Assembly (NCBI RefSeq): GCF_009914755.1
Contig: NC_060939.1
Source of the DNA: the human T2T-CHM13v2.0 reference genome, Homo sapiens
Direction: 5' to 3' (one strand)
Length of the DNA: 64,000 nucleotides
In this document: one piece after another, positions 1 to 15,546 of the stretch
Layout: each line of letters starts with the position of its first letter
How positions within the stretch are numbered: position 1 is the stretch's first letter
The notes under the pieces: model-generated
The model's database searches: none
What the model was told of the DNA's origin: nothing
Seen by the model: the letters and a program-made list of their open reading frames with translations, nothing else
Made by a program: the position numbers and the translations under genes

Positions 1-116
1 GGAGAACTGCTTGAACCTGGGAGGTGGAGGTTGCAGTGAGCTGAGATCGTGCCGCTGCACTCCAGCCTGGGAAACAGAGTGAGACTGTCAACCACCCCCC
101 CGCCAAAAAAAAAAAA
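1..116 (+). mobile_element. Alu, 3' part (cut by window edge), tail interrupted by a C-run
   Basis: Right-arm consensus ...gaggttgcagtgagctgagatcgtgcc...cagcctggg...gagac then poly(A). Confidence 0.9.
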
Positions 117-265
117 CTGTTACGTCAGTCATAAAAGACACATCATTCCATGTTCTGGTAATACTATTACAGAGAATTTGTATCATATTTAAATCATATT
201 CTTATTTTTGTACAAAACAAAAAAAATTACACTTGTACATCACTGGTATTTATTATGTTATTTTA

Positions 266-472
<207 letters not shown>

Positions 473-563
473 TCAAGTAGATCACACCATTATAAAACGA
501 AAAGTATCTGAGTTACCTTTTGAGTGTTTTGAACTAAGAAGTTACTAGGCAATAGAAGCTGTG

Positions 564-704
564 TACCTGGGTGATGAAATAATCTGTACACCCAACCCCC
601 ACAACACTTAATTTACCTGTATAACAAACCTGCGTATGTACTCCTGAAAGTTTAAAAAAAAAAAAATTAAAAAATATAGGATGTATTTCTTGAAAAAAAA
701 AAAA
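564..704 (+). mobile_element. Short 5'-truncated L1 3' end (old L1PA/L1PB type)
   Basis: tacctgggtgatgaaataatctgtaca...aacaaacctgc matches the L1 3'UTR; TSD aagctgtg at 556-563 and 705-712. Confidence 0.8.
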
Positions 705-886
705 AAGCTGTGATCAGGAAATCCACTTAGATTCAAGGGCTCATTACATGCAACCATTCAACAAACATTCTTTGGGGAACTACGGCTGGATGCTGAGAAT
801 GTCAAGATGAGAATAAGCTACAGACTGTTAGATATGGCAGAAAGGTCAAACAAAAAAATCTAAAATGATGACTAAAAAAACCTACA

Positions 887-1294
<408 letters not shown>

Positions 1295-1899
1295 TAAACA
1301 GAAAAAAAATGAACAAAGTGCCAACACACAGCACATAGAATAGTACGTTCTCAATAAGTTTGTGAAAATGCTGGATGTGTATTTCTCAAGCTCAGCATAC
1401 CATCACAATTCCTAGGCTTCCTCAACCAATAAATTCCTAAAAAGACCCCAGAACTCCTTGGGGAAGCCTAAATAATTTTGTCATCAACACACATAGTATG
1501 GCTGTTCTTTTGTCCATCATCTCAACTTGTAGCCTGATGCCAGTGAATAGATGAATATACTGGACTCCCCAGGGACATGCCCCTCAAGTTTTTAGGGTCA
1601 TTTGCTTGCCACTGTTCACATATACTCAGAAAAAAGGGGGATTTCCTCTGTAACGAACAGAGAGATGTTCTATTTTTTAAAAGATTAAAAATGTAATCTT
1701 TCTGTGTGTGTGTGTGTGTGTAAATGAAAACATTTGTATATACATGGAGAAAAGGTTGGAAGGATACAAGCCAAGTGTACCAAGGCTCACCCCTGGGAAG
1801 ATGGATGGGGGAAATATATGGAAGTAGAATTTATACACTTCTATGTTATTTGAACTTTTGACAATAAACATGTAATAGCCTTAAAATTTATAAATTTTA

Positions 1900-2109
<210 letters not shown>

Positions 2110-2653
2110 TTACGCAGGGCTGTGTAGATAGAAAATTTTCAGCTTTGGAGTTACTTTTTAACTAGAAAAAATAAACATTTTACATCGTGCTCCAAATCTG
2201 TTTTAAAATTTCAAAGTGATTCCTAGGTATAAGAAGAGCACCACTAGAAGCAGAACCACATTGCAAATCATCATAAAATGAAACCTTCCTATTTCGGAAG
2301 TAAGTGAGGCGCCAACTTCCACTTCCCTTTGCAGTCACTCATTACAGAAACTGAATTATCAATACTACATCTAGAAGATACAGCAGGGCAAAATTCCAGG
2401 AGTCCTGCTAATCCACAACAAAACCTGCTTGTCACTCGTAAAATGTAACAAGCAGAACTTGGTTATAAAAACACAAATTCTCCTCTTTCCCCCTCATCTT
2501 AACCTTTTGCTGACTTTCCAATGTTTTGAACCACTGGCATGGGTGTTCTTAGTTTTTCTTGATCAGGTGTATTACAGACATATCCTCATTAACAGGTAAG
2601 CATAAAGAAGCATTCTTTCTGAATTTCTGCCCAATAATTTGACAAATAATTCA

Positions 2654-2884
<231 letters not shown>

Positions 2885-3188
2885 CTACGTACATGGAAAG
2901 CAAAGCAAACATTTAATTATCACTAAAATTAACATAATTTGGCTACATTGAAGATTTCTCTAGACTTTAGTTTTAGCATATGATCAATTAAGGTATTGAA
3001 CTGAATAGCAACTAAAATTTCTCTTAGTTCAGTTATTCCAAACTCCTATTGGCACTTTAGTCTCATTTGCATCTCATGATTTTTCTAGGGAAAGAGAGAT
3101 CGCTTGGAAGAAGTAATTTTATTCTAAATCATGGAAAGCTCACAATTATATTATTTCTGGAGTGCAACTTGGAACTAAACAACAACAG

Positions 3189-3345
3189 GACCAGGCACAG
3201 TGGTTCATGCCTATAATCCCAGTGCTTTGGGAGGAGGCTATGGTGGGAAGACCACTTGAGGCCAGGAATTTGAGGTTGCCGTTAGCACCACTGTACTTCA
3301 GCCTGGGTGACAGAGCAAGACCCTGTCTCTTAAAGAGAAAAAATT
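3189..3345 (+). mobile_element. Alu monomer (FLAM/FRAM-like, or internally deleted AluJ)
   Basis: Left-arm start joined to a right-arm end (...cagcctgggtgacagagcaagaccctgtctc). Confidence 0.8.
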
Positions 3346-4048
3346 AATAGCAACAACAAAACCCAGGTTCCTTGCCATAGCAACAATGCTGTATGTTAAA
3401 AAGAAATAAAGTATTTGAAGGGCATTTGAGGATTATTATGCCAAATAAGTTTTGGAAATCTTTTATTAAAGATCAAGTAATGCATTCTACTTTCAACCAG
3501 CTCTCTCTGTGCAGGGTTTTATTTCCAAAAAAAATAGAAGAGAGTTCATGAATGTTACAATGCACATCAGCAACACTAAGAGTGTAAAATATTTTAAAAC
3601 ACGGTCAGCACCATTGGAATCATGCAACCACACTACATATGCTTGGAAACCATCTACTAAAAGCCAAGATTTGCTTTAAAGATTGGGAAGTGATTATAAA
3701 AGTTATATACAGAGAAATTAAGAACCTATCCACCAAAACATAGGGTTTAAAATTGGAAATGAGGGAGAAAAAAACTGTGTGTGCTTTATAAGACAGCACA
3801 TCATTAAAACTGAATTTTTACACATGTACAAGTATGTGTATGTTTTGTAGCACTAAGGCAATATATGGAAATTGTCTTTCAAATCTGTTAGAAAGATACA
3901 AAAATGAAAGAATCAGGGGGAAAATCTGCTTGAATAATACTTTTTGGGAAAGCAAAATGCCAAAACAGCAGACAATTACTGGTGATATTTGACCCTCATG
4001 ACAAAATAAAAATTCAAGCAAAGAATATTCTCCAAAGATGTTTCTTTA

Positions 4049-4219
<171 letters not shown>

Positions 4220-5081
4220 TTATTCTCTGTCATTTCCACTCAATTGGCTGGAATAATTTTTGTGCCACCAAGTTTTTCTTTAGTGCTGCACTTAAGTGCA
4301 GCCTGATCATTTATGTGGCTTTTTGTTACAGATTTTGGGCAAGAAAATGTTGTGGTCATTAGCAGGGATGACATACTGTATCTGTATCTTTTTGTTTGGG
4401 TAATTACACCCTGCTGCCAGCCTGCAAACCTTACTTTAGAGACAACCTGGCCTACAACAAATTGTGGGGATACAGCTATCACAGTCTGTTAGTGACAGTA
4501 CAACAATCTTTCAGTGGAAACTGTATCCTCTTGAAAATGCTTTATTTCACTGAACTTAAACCACATATTCTGAAAATCACAATGCATCAAGCGCTGCATC
4601 TTCTGAGGCCAATGTATCATTTTTGTAAAAACAAACAGTGCCACCAAGAGGCTACATTTGGTCTATCATTGATAACAGTTTATCTCTGCTTCTCCTGATT
4701 TGAAATCCTAAAATCATCCTTGCCACTTAATATTTAGAAAAATATTATTATTTTGAAAACTCTTACTTCGTTTATGTATTACAAAGACATAGTTTTAAAA
4801 TACAAAGTACACCCAGCATAGGGTAGTTTATATGACTTCACAAAAATCAGAATGGCTGTTTCAGAATTGTTTGGTAATATTCTTCAGTCTTGAGAGTTTT
4901 AACACATAAGCAAAATTTTCCATGCAAGAAAAAGAAAAGTTTTATAGGCCTTAAAGGAGATACTGCCATTATACTAAGAAACAAAATATATAGACTAATA
5001 ATGTCAACAACTGTATGCATTTGGTGATTTGCAGGCTTTTTTGTTTTTCTAACCAACCATGGGAACTCAATCTTCTACATG

Positions 5082-5308
5082 AGTAGTTCTTAAAATGGGG
5101 CAATTTTGCTACCCCTTATTCCCCCTACATTCCAAGGACACTTGGTAATATTTGGAGATATTTTTGGTTGTTGGAACTAGGAACACACTAGTGGCATCTA
5201 GTGGGGAGAGGCAAGGGATGCTGCCAAATATCCTACAATGCATAGAACAGTACCCCACAACAAAGAATTATCTGTTCCTAAATGCCATTAGTACTGAGGT
5301 TGAGAAAT
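5082..5308 (+). mobile_element. MER20 (hAT-Charlie MITE)
   Basis: tggcatctagtggggagaggcaagggatgctg...ccccacaacaaagaattatc...gaggttgagaaa. Confidence 0.85.
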
Positions 5309-6250
5309 AATATTCTAGAAATACACACAAAATATTCATAGCATTTTCCCTCTGTTTATATCCAGCCTCATTCCAAAAAGATTTCAGGTAACCTGAAAAG
5401 ACATATAATTCTATAAAATAGGAGGAAAAAATCTCTCTGTGTGTGTCTGTGTGTATGTACTAAAAAATAAGATTGGGAGGAAGGTAGATATTGAAATAAT
5501 ATATCTCAAAGGGAAACAAACTAATAATGCATCTATAAAATAAAGAAACATATTGCAAAGGTAAAGTAATTGAACCTTAAGCAGTCAACATTATAAAATT
5601 TTAGCTCTTTAAGGGATTTGAGCTTATTAACAAGGTTTTTGACTCTAGCTATGCATCAACAACCACCTGATACTATTCCAAATATTATCTCCAGGGATTC
5701 TAATTCCATGACTCTGTGTTGGGATCCTGGCATGTGTGGTTTTGAAAAGCACCTGGTCAGTCGACTTGTTTCTAGCCCATTTCTAAACCAGTAGCTCTAA
5801 ATTCTAGCTATACATTAGACTTATTTGAGAACTTTTAAAAAATACTGATGGCTGACCATGCAGATATCAAATCAGGCCAATTAATTCACATTTTCCAGGA
5901 TTGGAACCTGGACACCAGTAAAAGTTCCTTTAAAAATATTAATGTATTTAAACCATCTTGGATCCCATTGCTTTCCCTATTTGTTTGCTTATCATTTTAT
6001 TTTCTATATTAAATCTGAAAATAAAATGAAAATATATCACAAAGCAAAAATTTGCTCTTTGCCTATCAATTTTGTTTAATAAAAGAAAGCAAATTTGTGG
6101 TGTATGAAATGGAACACTGACATCTTACCTGGAACCATATAAGTTACATAGGTAAAAATAAGACATGAAATTGAACTATTAAAAAACATAATCTTTTCAT
6201 TTTCTGAAGCTGTCGCCTAAGTTTGTACATAGCTAAAATCACATTCTGTT

Positions 6251-6380
6251 ATAAAAAAATTAAATTTAAGAATTTTTAAAACCTTAATAAATTTTAAGAA
6301 TTTTAAAAACCTTAAGATTTTTAAAAATTTTAAAAATCTTAAGAATTTTTAAAAGCTTAAAAATTCTTAAATTTTTATTT
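6251..6380. repeat. Palindromic AT-rich low-complexity repeat
   Basis: Nested inverted repeats; see findings. Confidence 0.85.
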
Positions 6381-7149
6381 CAATGAAAAGAAAACAGCAG
6401 ATGAAAGTGTCTATGACATATAACATTAGAAAATTGTTATATTCTCACTACAAATTCCTTGAAAAGGGGAATTTTTTGGTCTTACTCAACTTTACATCCC
6501 CACCTCAGCACCTCAATAAAAATTTGTTCCATGGATAAATACATCAGCCACCATTCTTCCATACACTTTCTATCTTTTGGAAATATATTATTTTCTCTTG
6601 ACCTCATTCTTATTTTTCATATTTGTGTGCTTATAACACTATAGTTTTGATCAAACTTTAATGAAGTGTCTGGAAGGAGAGGAGATAAACATGAATGCTT
6701 GCTTTGCCATCTTGCATTGGAAGTCTATTACATTTTTCAAACTCTTTTCCCTTGTCTTTTATTATACTTTCATTTTTTCTTTGGCATTCTCAGCCTCCTC
6801 TTCTTCCTCTGTCTGCTTCTTAAGTGCTGGTTTTCCCTAGATATTTGTCTTATACTTTCTTACATCCTTATATTTCACTCTCTTCCTGGGTAAGTTATCT
6901 ACTCCCCTGGCTTCAGGTACTGTTATTATGCTATTGGAAGCCCAGAGCGGTTTACTTCAGCTCTATATTTCTATAGGCAACTAGCTTTTAGACATCTCCA
7001 CCTGTGTGACTTTCAGGAGATCACACACTTTCATGTTCAATATGAAGCATAGCATCTTCTCTCTTTGGTTCATTATCTCAATGAATGATATTGTTACTAA
7101 TAAATTTCCCGTAACTCTTGACCCAACATTTTCTCTCACGCTCCCAAAT

Positions 7150-7343
7150 GTGGGTACTTGCTACTTCAAATATGGGCTCTGGGCCAGCAGTACCCGCATA
7201 GTCTAGGAATGCTTTGGAAACGCAAGTTACTAGAACCTAGCCCAGACCTACTACATCTGTATTTTCGGTAGTGGGGCCCAGAAATCTCTAATTAAACAAA
7301 CTCTGCAGGTGATTCTGGTGCACGCTCAGGATTGAGAAGCACT
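7150..7343. mobile_element. MER5A-like hAT MITE
   Basis: ctacttcaaatatgggc...cagacctact...gcaggtgattctggtgcacgctcaggattgagaagcact. Confidence 0.7.
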
Positions 7344-7479
7344 CACCTAGCGGCTTCCAAGTCCTGGTGCCCTACTTCTCTGGGCTCATCTCTTGCCAGT
7401 AACTAAACCTTTATTAATAAGTTATAAACCTTTCTATTGGGGCCAAGGCTTTTTGCCTTAAAATTTTATTAACTATACA

Positions 7480-8340
7480 TATATAAAAATAATATAGTCA
7501 TACCAACCTTATTTTGATTAGTATACATATGATAATATGTAATTGGAATGACTATTTTATTCAGATTTATTCTACTAATTTATTTTGTGCTATTTGTCCC
7601 ATTTTTTAAAAAAAATTGTTTTCTTTGAATTAAACATTTTTTTAATTAAAAGTTACATACTCTTTCTTTTATTTTTTATTTCTTTTGTCTATTGTTTCTG
7701 TAGCTACTAAACAATACTTGAAACGTAAACATATAAATATAGCTTAAGGTCTAAAGTCAATCAACATCTTTACCCACCTCTAGAACACCAGAATGTGTGG
7801 GATCTTATCACTACATTATTATATGCTATTGTTGACCAGAATCGCGTGTGTGTGAATGGGTGTATATAAATATCATTATGTCTTATAAAGTTTCTGCAGC
7901 TTTGCTGGGTTTTGTCCAATATTCCTTCTTCCATCTCAAATCTTCCTTCTGAAATCATTGTTCTTCTTACTAAAGAATATCATTTAGAAATGTGTTATTA
8001 TACTTATCGTGAGTCTGTTGGTATAGTGAGTACCTTTAGTTTTTGTTTGTCTGAAGGTTTATTATTTTGCCCCAATTTTTCAAAAGTGTTTTTGTTGGAT
8101 ATACAATTCCAAGCTGACAGATATTTTCTGTCCACTTTTTGAAGGGATTTCACTGCTGTCATTACAGTTGGGAAGTCAGCTCTCTGCTTAATTAACACTC
8201 CTTGGTAAATAAACTGCTTTTTCTCACTGTCTACCTACAGGATCTTCTCTTTTTCTTTGGCATTCTGTTGTTTTAACATCAGATCTCCAGTGGTTTATTT
8301 TCATTATCCTAGAATTTTCTGTGATTGCTGAATCTGAGGA
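7480..8340 (-). mobile_element. Ancient L1M/L1ME fragment
   Basis: T-rich degenerate L1 motifs (gaattccaagctgacag, cagttgggaagtcagct). Confidence 0.5.
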
Positions 8341-9513
8341 TGTATGCCTACAAATAAAATAATAATTTGAGAAAAATATTAAACACTGAGCCATAAAGCA
8401 ACTCTGGGTCCCCTCTGGTCACCATAAAGGCAAAAATGCTAAGTCCATAGCCAATATCTGGGACTTCTCAAATCTAAATATGCATTGTTGTTTGGAAAAT
8501 AATGGGGCAAGCCTAGTAGGAGTAATAATTTCCAGTGAATAAAGTTAAGACTTGCTAAGAACACAGTAGCTGAAGCATAGGTACTACCTGAAAAGTATCT
8601 TATAGATACAGCATAAGTTTTAGAAACCTCAAAAGCACAAAGTTCTAGAAAATTCAAATCAACTTGGTGAAGGAGGACAGCTAGGTAGACTGAAACTAGA
8701 CTCCCAGGCTCTTCAACAATATTTACAGGGCTCATACAGCAGAATTCATCTTTCATCAAAAATATATCCATTAACCCCTAGTTTCTCTTTTGGAGTTAGA
8801 TCACTATGGGCAAAGATCTGAAGCTGAAACTCAGTAACTTTTCAGACCTTTTTCTCAGTTAGCTATTATGTATTTCTCAATTTTTTCATGTAGCCCCAGA
8901 AAAAAATTCACCATCCCCAAAATTCTCTAGATTGGGAATAACTATCTCAGCATGTGTAGCAGACTTTGTGGCAGCCCTGGTGAATGAAAGCTACAAGCAA
9001 AGGTTAAAAAAGGAATGTATTAGGACATTTCACTTTAGACTTATCCAAAGTTCAATCCCTCTAAATATTACAATTAATGATTTACTATAAGCTATGAAAA
9101 TAGGTATCTCTTTGATACCTGTTCAACTAGCCAGCATATTAAACTATTCTGTTTATACAAGCTGGACCTTGATTCCTCACTATTCTTTTGGTTTTCAGAA
9201 TTCAGAAGCGTATAATTTCTCTTTGTATTAAAAACAAAAGAGAGGCTTATCTTGTTTCAACTAGAAACCCAATCCCTTATTCATAAATGCATATTGAATT
9301 GATATGACATTCCTGAGTATATTTTGGAAAATAACTCATCAGGAGCCTAGTTCATAGTATTTCTTCCATCAGTGGAACTTTTTCCTACAGGTAAGTCCTA
9401 TTTCATGAGGGCAAGCTTTGCTCCCGTGACACTGCACCCAAATCACTGGCTATGTTCCTTTTCCATCTCTCTGCCACCATTCTACTGATAATTGAGTCCT
9501 CTCCTCTGTGAGA

Positions 9514-9834
9514 TTTATTTATTTATTTATTTTTATTTTTATTTTTATTTATTTATTTATTTTGAGACTGTCGCCCAGGCTGGAGTGCAGTGGCGCCATC
9601 TTAGCTCACTGCAACCTCTGCCTCCTGGGTTCAAGTAATTCTCCCTCCTCAGCCTCCCGAGTAGCTGGGATTACAGGCATGCATCACCATGCCCAGGCCA
9701 ATTTTTCTATTTTTAATAGAGTCAGGGTTTCGTCACGTCGGCCAGGCTGGTCTCAAACTCCTGACCTCAGGTGATCCGCCTGACTCAGCCTCCGAAAGTG
9801 CTGGGATTACAGGCATGAGCCACCGTGCCCGGCC
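9514..9834 (-). mobile_element. AluS with (TTTA)n tail
   Basis: Antisense dimeric Alu consensus. Confidence 0.92.
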
Positions 9835-10300
9835 TGTTAGTTTTATAGTAGCATCAGACAAGGGTACAACATGAAGACTGTAACTATTAAATTGTTTTGT
9901 AAAACTATGAAAGCTTGGATGGGTTTGCTTAAGAGCTCAAAGTGTGTTACTACATGAGAAAAGACAAACACCTAGACTTTTTCATTGCTGATTCTACAAT
10001 ACTAGGCATTGGTCACTGACCCTCACCCAGTAAGAGTGCTACAAGTTCTGATACACATGTTGAGATGCTTAACTTGGTCCCAATCCAGCAACAAGAGTAT
10101 TGAGTGAGGGTTCATAATACTGATTACATTCCTTGGGATCATCACACAAGTTATTCAAACTTTCTATATCTAAATGTTCCTATATGTGAGAGGCACATGT
10201 TGATCACAAAGGTTTCCTTCAGCCCTAAAATTGTATTCCATTGTAGTTTTTAAAAAGGGAAGGAAATGGAGAAGGGGACAAAGTTTACATACCATACCTA

Positions 10301-10480
<180 letters not shown>

Positions 10481-11087
10481 TCATAACTCTGATTAGGAAA
10501 TTCTGTTGTTTTTGTTGTATACAAGTTTTAAGAAAACTGATATATGTAATAACAACATCCACAGAGTAATAAACTTCTAGGTAGAGGAATTGTGCTGTAG
10601 ACAGGTTTTGTTTGTTTTGGTTTGGTGTCCATCATGAAACCTCCATGACTGCCAGCCTGTCTTACAACAGCTAGGTTGTGAATACAAATAAGTCTGTGTT
10701 GATGCTTCCTCTGAACAAAATGTCCCCTCAATAATAGTAGCACATTAATGTTCAGAGTTCAGAATTCAAAATAACTTCACAAAATAATACAAGAGAAAAT
10801 ATTACCCTTTTTGAAACCACCATAACACCCTATATGGTGATAGGAATGTAAATTGGTACAGCTATTTTTAAAAACAGTATAGAGGTTCCTCAATAAAAAT
10901 AAAAATAGAACTTACACATGGTTCAGGATTCCCACTTCTAGGTATATACCCAAAGGGAATGAAACCAGTATCTCAGAGAGGTATCTGTACCCCCATGTTC
11001 ATTGTAGCATTATTCACAGCAGCCAAAATATGGAAACAATCTAAGTGTCCATTAACGGATGCAGAGATAAATAAAATGTGTCACATA

Positions 11088-11446
11088 CAGTCTTCCCTCA
11101 TTATCCATGGGGGACTGGTTCCAGGACACAGCTGCCCCACACCCCATGCCCCATCACTTAAGTACCTAAATGCCAGGATGCTCAAGTCTGCAATATAAAA
11201 GTATTGGCATATAGCCTATGAACATCTTTCATATCCTTTAAATCAGCTCTAGATTACTTATAATACCTAATACAATATAAATGCTATGTAAATTGTTTTT
11301 ATACTATATTTTTTAGGGAATAATGACAAGGGAAAAAGTCAGTACACGTTTAGTACAGATGCAATCCTCTTTTCTTTTTCCAAGTTTTCAATCCACAGTT
11401 GGTTGAATCCATGGATGCAGAAGCCATGGACATGAAGGGCCGACTG
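11088..11446. mobile_element. MER2 (TcMar-Tigger MITE) nested in L1
   Basis: Imperfect TIRs cagtcttccctcattatccatgg / ccatggacatgaagggccgactg; TA target duplication on both sides. Confidence 0.85.
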
Positions 11447-11856
11447 TATACACAATGGAATAGTATACAGCCAAATAAATAAAAAAGAAATAAATCCTGC
11501 CATTTGTGACAACATGGATGGACATAGAGGATATTACGCTAAATAAAATAATCCAGACACAGAAAGACAAATACTATATGATCTCACTTCTATGCAGAAC
11601 CTAAAAGGCCAAACTCATAGAAACAGAATTAGTGGTTGCCAATGGCTGGGGGTGAGGGAAGAATGAAGTAATGTTGCTCAAAGGGTACAAACACTGAATT
11701 ACACATAAGTTTTGGGATCTAATGTACACATGGTGACTATAGTTACTACTATATGGTATACTTCAAATTTCCTGAGAGAGTAGGTCTTAAGAGTTCTTGC
11801 CACACACACAAAAAATGATTATGTGAGGTGATAGATGTGTTAATTAATTTGATTGT

Positions 11857-12238
11857 TGTATTAGTCCATTCTCACACTGCTATAAAGAACTACCTGAGAC
11901 CAAGTAATTCATGAAGAAAAGAGGTTTAACTGACTCACAGTTCCACAGGCTTAACAGGAAGCATGACTGGGAAGCCTCGGGAAACTTACAATCATGGTGG
12001 AAGGTGAAGGAGAAGCAAGCACATCTTATCATGGCAGAGCAGGAGACAGAGAGTGACGGGGGATGTGCCACAAACTTTTAAACCATAGGATCTCGCGAGA
12101 ACTCACTCACTATCACAAGAACAGCATGAGAAAATCACCCCCATGATCCAATCACCTCCCACGGGGTCCCTCCCACAACATGTGGGGATTACAATTCAAC
12201 ATGAGATTTGCGTGGGGACACAGAGCCAAAACATATCA
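11857..12238 (-). mobile_element. MaLR solo LTR (MSTA/THE1D type) nested in L1
   Basis: tgtattagtccattctcacactgctataaagaactacctgag...gccaaaacatatca. Confidence 0.85.
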
Positions 12239-12489
12239 TTTGCGGTAATCATTTCACAATGTATTCATATATCAAATCATCACTCTGTACATCTTAAACC
12301 TATATAATTTTACTAGTTAATTACAGCTCATTAAAGTTAATATAAAAACGACTAAAATTCCATTAGTCATAGACTAAATATCAGACCAGTTACCATGGAG
12401 GAAATTTTAGGCTTCAAGTTTCACTTCTAAATTATCTATATTACCTAAAATTTCTAAAATTAAAACATCTTTCTTATTTATATAAAAAA

Positions 12490-13766
12490 TAAGAAAAGAT
12501 CAAGAAAATAAGAAAACAAGCCACAGATTGAGGGAAATATTTTCAAAAGTTATACCTGATAAAGGACTATTATCCAAAATACACAAAGAACTCTTAAAAT
12601 TCAACAATAAGAAAGTTAAAAACCTAATTAAAATATAGTCAAAAGATCTGAGCAGACACCTCACCAAAGAAAACATACAGATGGCAAGTGAACATATAAA
12701 AAGGTGCTCCATATCGTATGTCATAAGAGAAGTGCAAATTAAAAAACAATGAGAAACCACAGCACACCTATTAAAATGGCCAAAATCCAGAACATTGGCA
12801 ACATCAAATGCTGGCCGGGATGTGGAGCAACAGGAATTCTCACTCACTGCTAGTGAGAATGCAAAATAGGACAGCCACTTTGGAAAAGAGTACAGTAGTT
12901 TCATATAAAACTAAACATATTCTTACCATACAACACAGCAATCATGCTCATTGATATTTAACCCAAGTAAGTTGAAAAGCTGTGTCCACACAAAAATCTG
13001 TACACAAATGTTTACAGTAGCTTTATCCATAATTGCCAAAATGTGATAGCAACCAAGATATCCTTCAAGTGGTGAACAGATAAATTATGGTACATATATA
13101 CAATGAAATATTACTCAGCGCTAAAAAGAAATCAGCTATCAAGCCATGAAAAGACACGGAAAAACCACTGATGTGTATTACCATATGAAAGAAGCCAATC
13201 TGTAAAGGTTTTATGATTCCAACTATACGACATTGTGGAAAAGGCAAAACTTAGCAGACAATAAAAACATTAGTGGTTGTCAGGGGTTTGTGGGGAGCAG
13301 GAGATAAATAGATGGGGCACAGAGAATTTTTAGGGCAGTGAAACTATTCTGTATGATGCTATAATAATGGATACACCAACCTGGCTAACAGGACGAACCT
13401 CGTATCTATTAAAAATATAAAAATTAGCCAGGAGTGGTAGTATGTGCCTTAATCCCAGCTACTTGGGAGGCTGAGGCAGTAGATTTGCTTGAATCTGGGA
13501 GGTGGAGGTTGCAGTGAGCCAAGATTGCACCACTGCACTACAGCCTGGGTGACAGAATGAGAGTTCATCTCAAGAAAAAAAAAAAGATACGTGTCATTAT
13601 ACATTTGTCAAATCCCATAAAACGTACAATACCAAGAGTGAACCAATGCTTGATGATATGTAAGTTAATTGGTTGTAATATATATATATATATATGTGTG
13701 TGTGTATATATATATGTATGTGTATATATATATATATGTATGTGTGTATATATATATGTATGTGTG

Positions 13767-13798
<32 letters not shown>

Positions 13799-13960
13799 GC
13801 TCTAGTGTGGGATGTTAATGGTGAGGGAGACTGTGTGTACACGTGTGTTGGGAGGGGGGCGGGGCTGATCAGGTATTTCTGAAACTCCCTGTACCTTCCA
13901 GTCAGTTTTGCTTTAAACCTAAAACTGCTTTCAAAAATAGTCTATTGAAATACTTTTTAA
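12490..13960 (+). mobile_element. L1MC-type fragment with an inserted 5'-truncated Alu (~13375-13585)
   Basis: L1 ORF2-end/3'UTR motifs; Alu right arm with poly(A). Confidence 0.75.
13678..13796. repeat. Compound (TA)n/(TG)n/(CA)n microsatellite
   Basis: Seen directly. Confidence 0.95.
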
Positions 13961-14046
13961 AAATATCTTATTTATCTTCCTGCCTCAGAAATACTAAAAT
14001 TAACCTTCCTACATTAAAAACAAAATTTTAACTAAATGATTTTTTA

Positions 14047-14352
<306 letters not shown>

Positions 14353-14526
14353 CAAACACCCAATTTTAAAAATATGACACTAAGGGCTAATTCCCCTATC
14401 TCATGTGTGAAAGAAGTAAATTCCTCATTATTTTGTAAAACAAGATGATGAAAATTAAATTACAAAACAGAAAACATGTAAGATCTCCTCAGATGGAGAA
14501 AGTTGTCAATAATAAACCAAACATCG

Positions 14527-14743
14527 CCCCGGCACGGTCGGTGGCTCATGCCTGTAATCCCAGCACTTTGGGAGGCTGAGGCGGGTGGATCACTTGAGGT
14601 CAGATATTCAAGACCAGCCTAGCCAACATAGTGAAACCCCATGTCTATTAAAAATACAAAAATTAGCTGGGTGTAGTGGATCTCATCACTGCACTCCAGC
14701 CTGGGTGACAGAGTAAGACTCTGTCTAAAAAAAAAAAAAAAAA
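14527..14743 (+). mobile_element. AluS with an internal right-arm deletion
   Basis: Left arm complete; right arm jumps from ...gggtgtagtgg to ...cactgcactccagc; poly(A) follows. Confidence 0.85.
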
Positions 14744-15546
14744 GACCAAAAATTGAATTTGAATGGCTAGCAAATGTCTTGTGGGTAATAAAAATCTATT
14801 TTCCAAATGAATTAATATCTATTATGTTTTTTCTGAACTATACGAACATATGTAGATGGTAACTCAGCCATATTAATGAGGACAAATTATTTCATGACAT
14901 AATTGTTCTCTGCCTTTGTATCATTTCTATCATAATCAGAAATATTTCCTTCTTAAAAGAGCTGTTGTCAGACTAACTTTTTAGTGCTACAAGAAGTGTT
15001 TTGTGGTTGATTAGAATCCTGCACAATTCAAGTTCGCGCTACCTTTTTCCTGAGAAGTCCAGAAGGTTCCATCTCAGAGAACAACATACTATCTTTCCCT
15101 GTCATCACACTCAGGGGTGCATATCCCTGTGCATTTAATCCCTTTCCAGTCTATTAGAAGCCAAATTAAGCAATCAATGAGGGAACATCAAGGATATTCC
15201 CTCCTCCAGAGAAAATCTACCATGGACAAAATATCAGAACAGAACATCATGGCCTTTCATATGAAGTCCTCATTCTATTACTAAATCCCCACATATATTT
15301 GAATAAGCTGTGACAGTTCACTAAAATTTCCTCATTTACCATATTGTAGAACTGCTGTGAAGAATAACAAAATTCAAAAATTCTACAATCACACTTAGTC
15401 ACTGTCATGATGAAATCCGCAAGACCTTTCCTGTTGTCCATTAGCTCTACTTTTATGAAGCATTGGTTCCTCCTGACCACCACCATCACTTCCAGGTACT
15501 TCCAACAGCACAATGGGAGACTGAAAAGAACACACAACTTGATGAA

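Larger units (their letters stand above)
10830..12340 (+). mobile_element. L1MA-type 3' region interrupted by MER2 and a MaLR LTR
   Basis: L1 3' motifs (cccacttctaggtatatacccaaag, gacaacatggatggac, atcatttcacaatgta) resume on both sides of each insertion. Confidence 0.8.
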
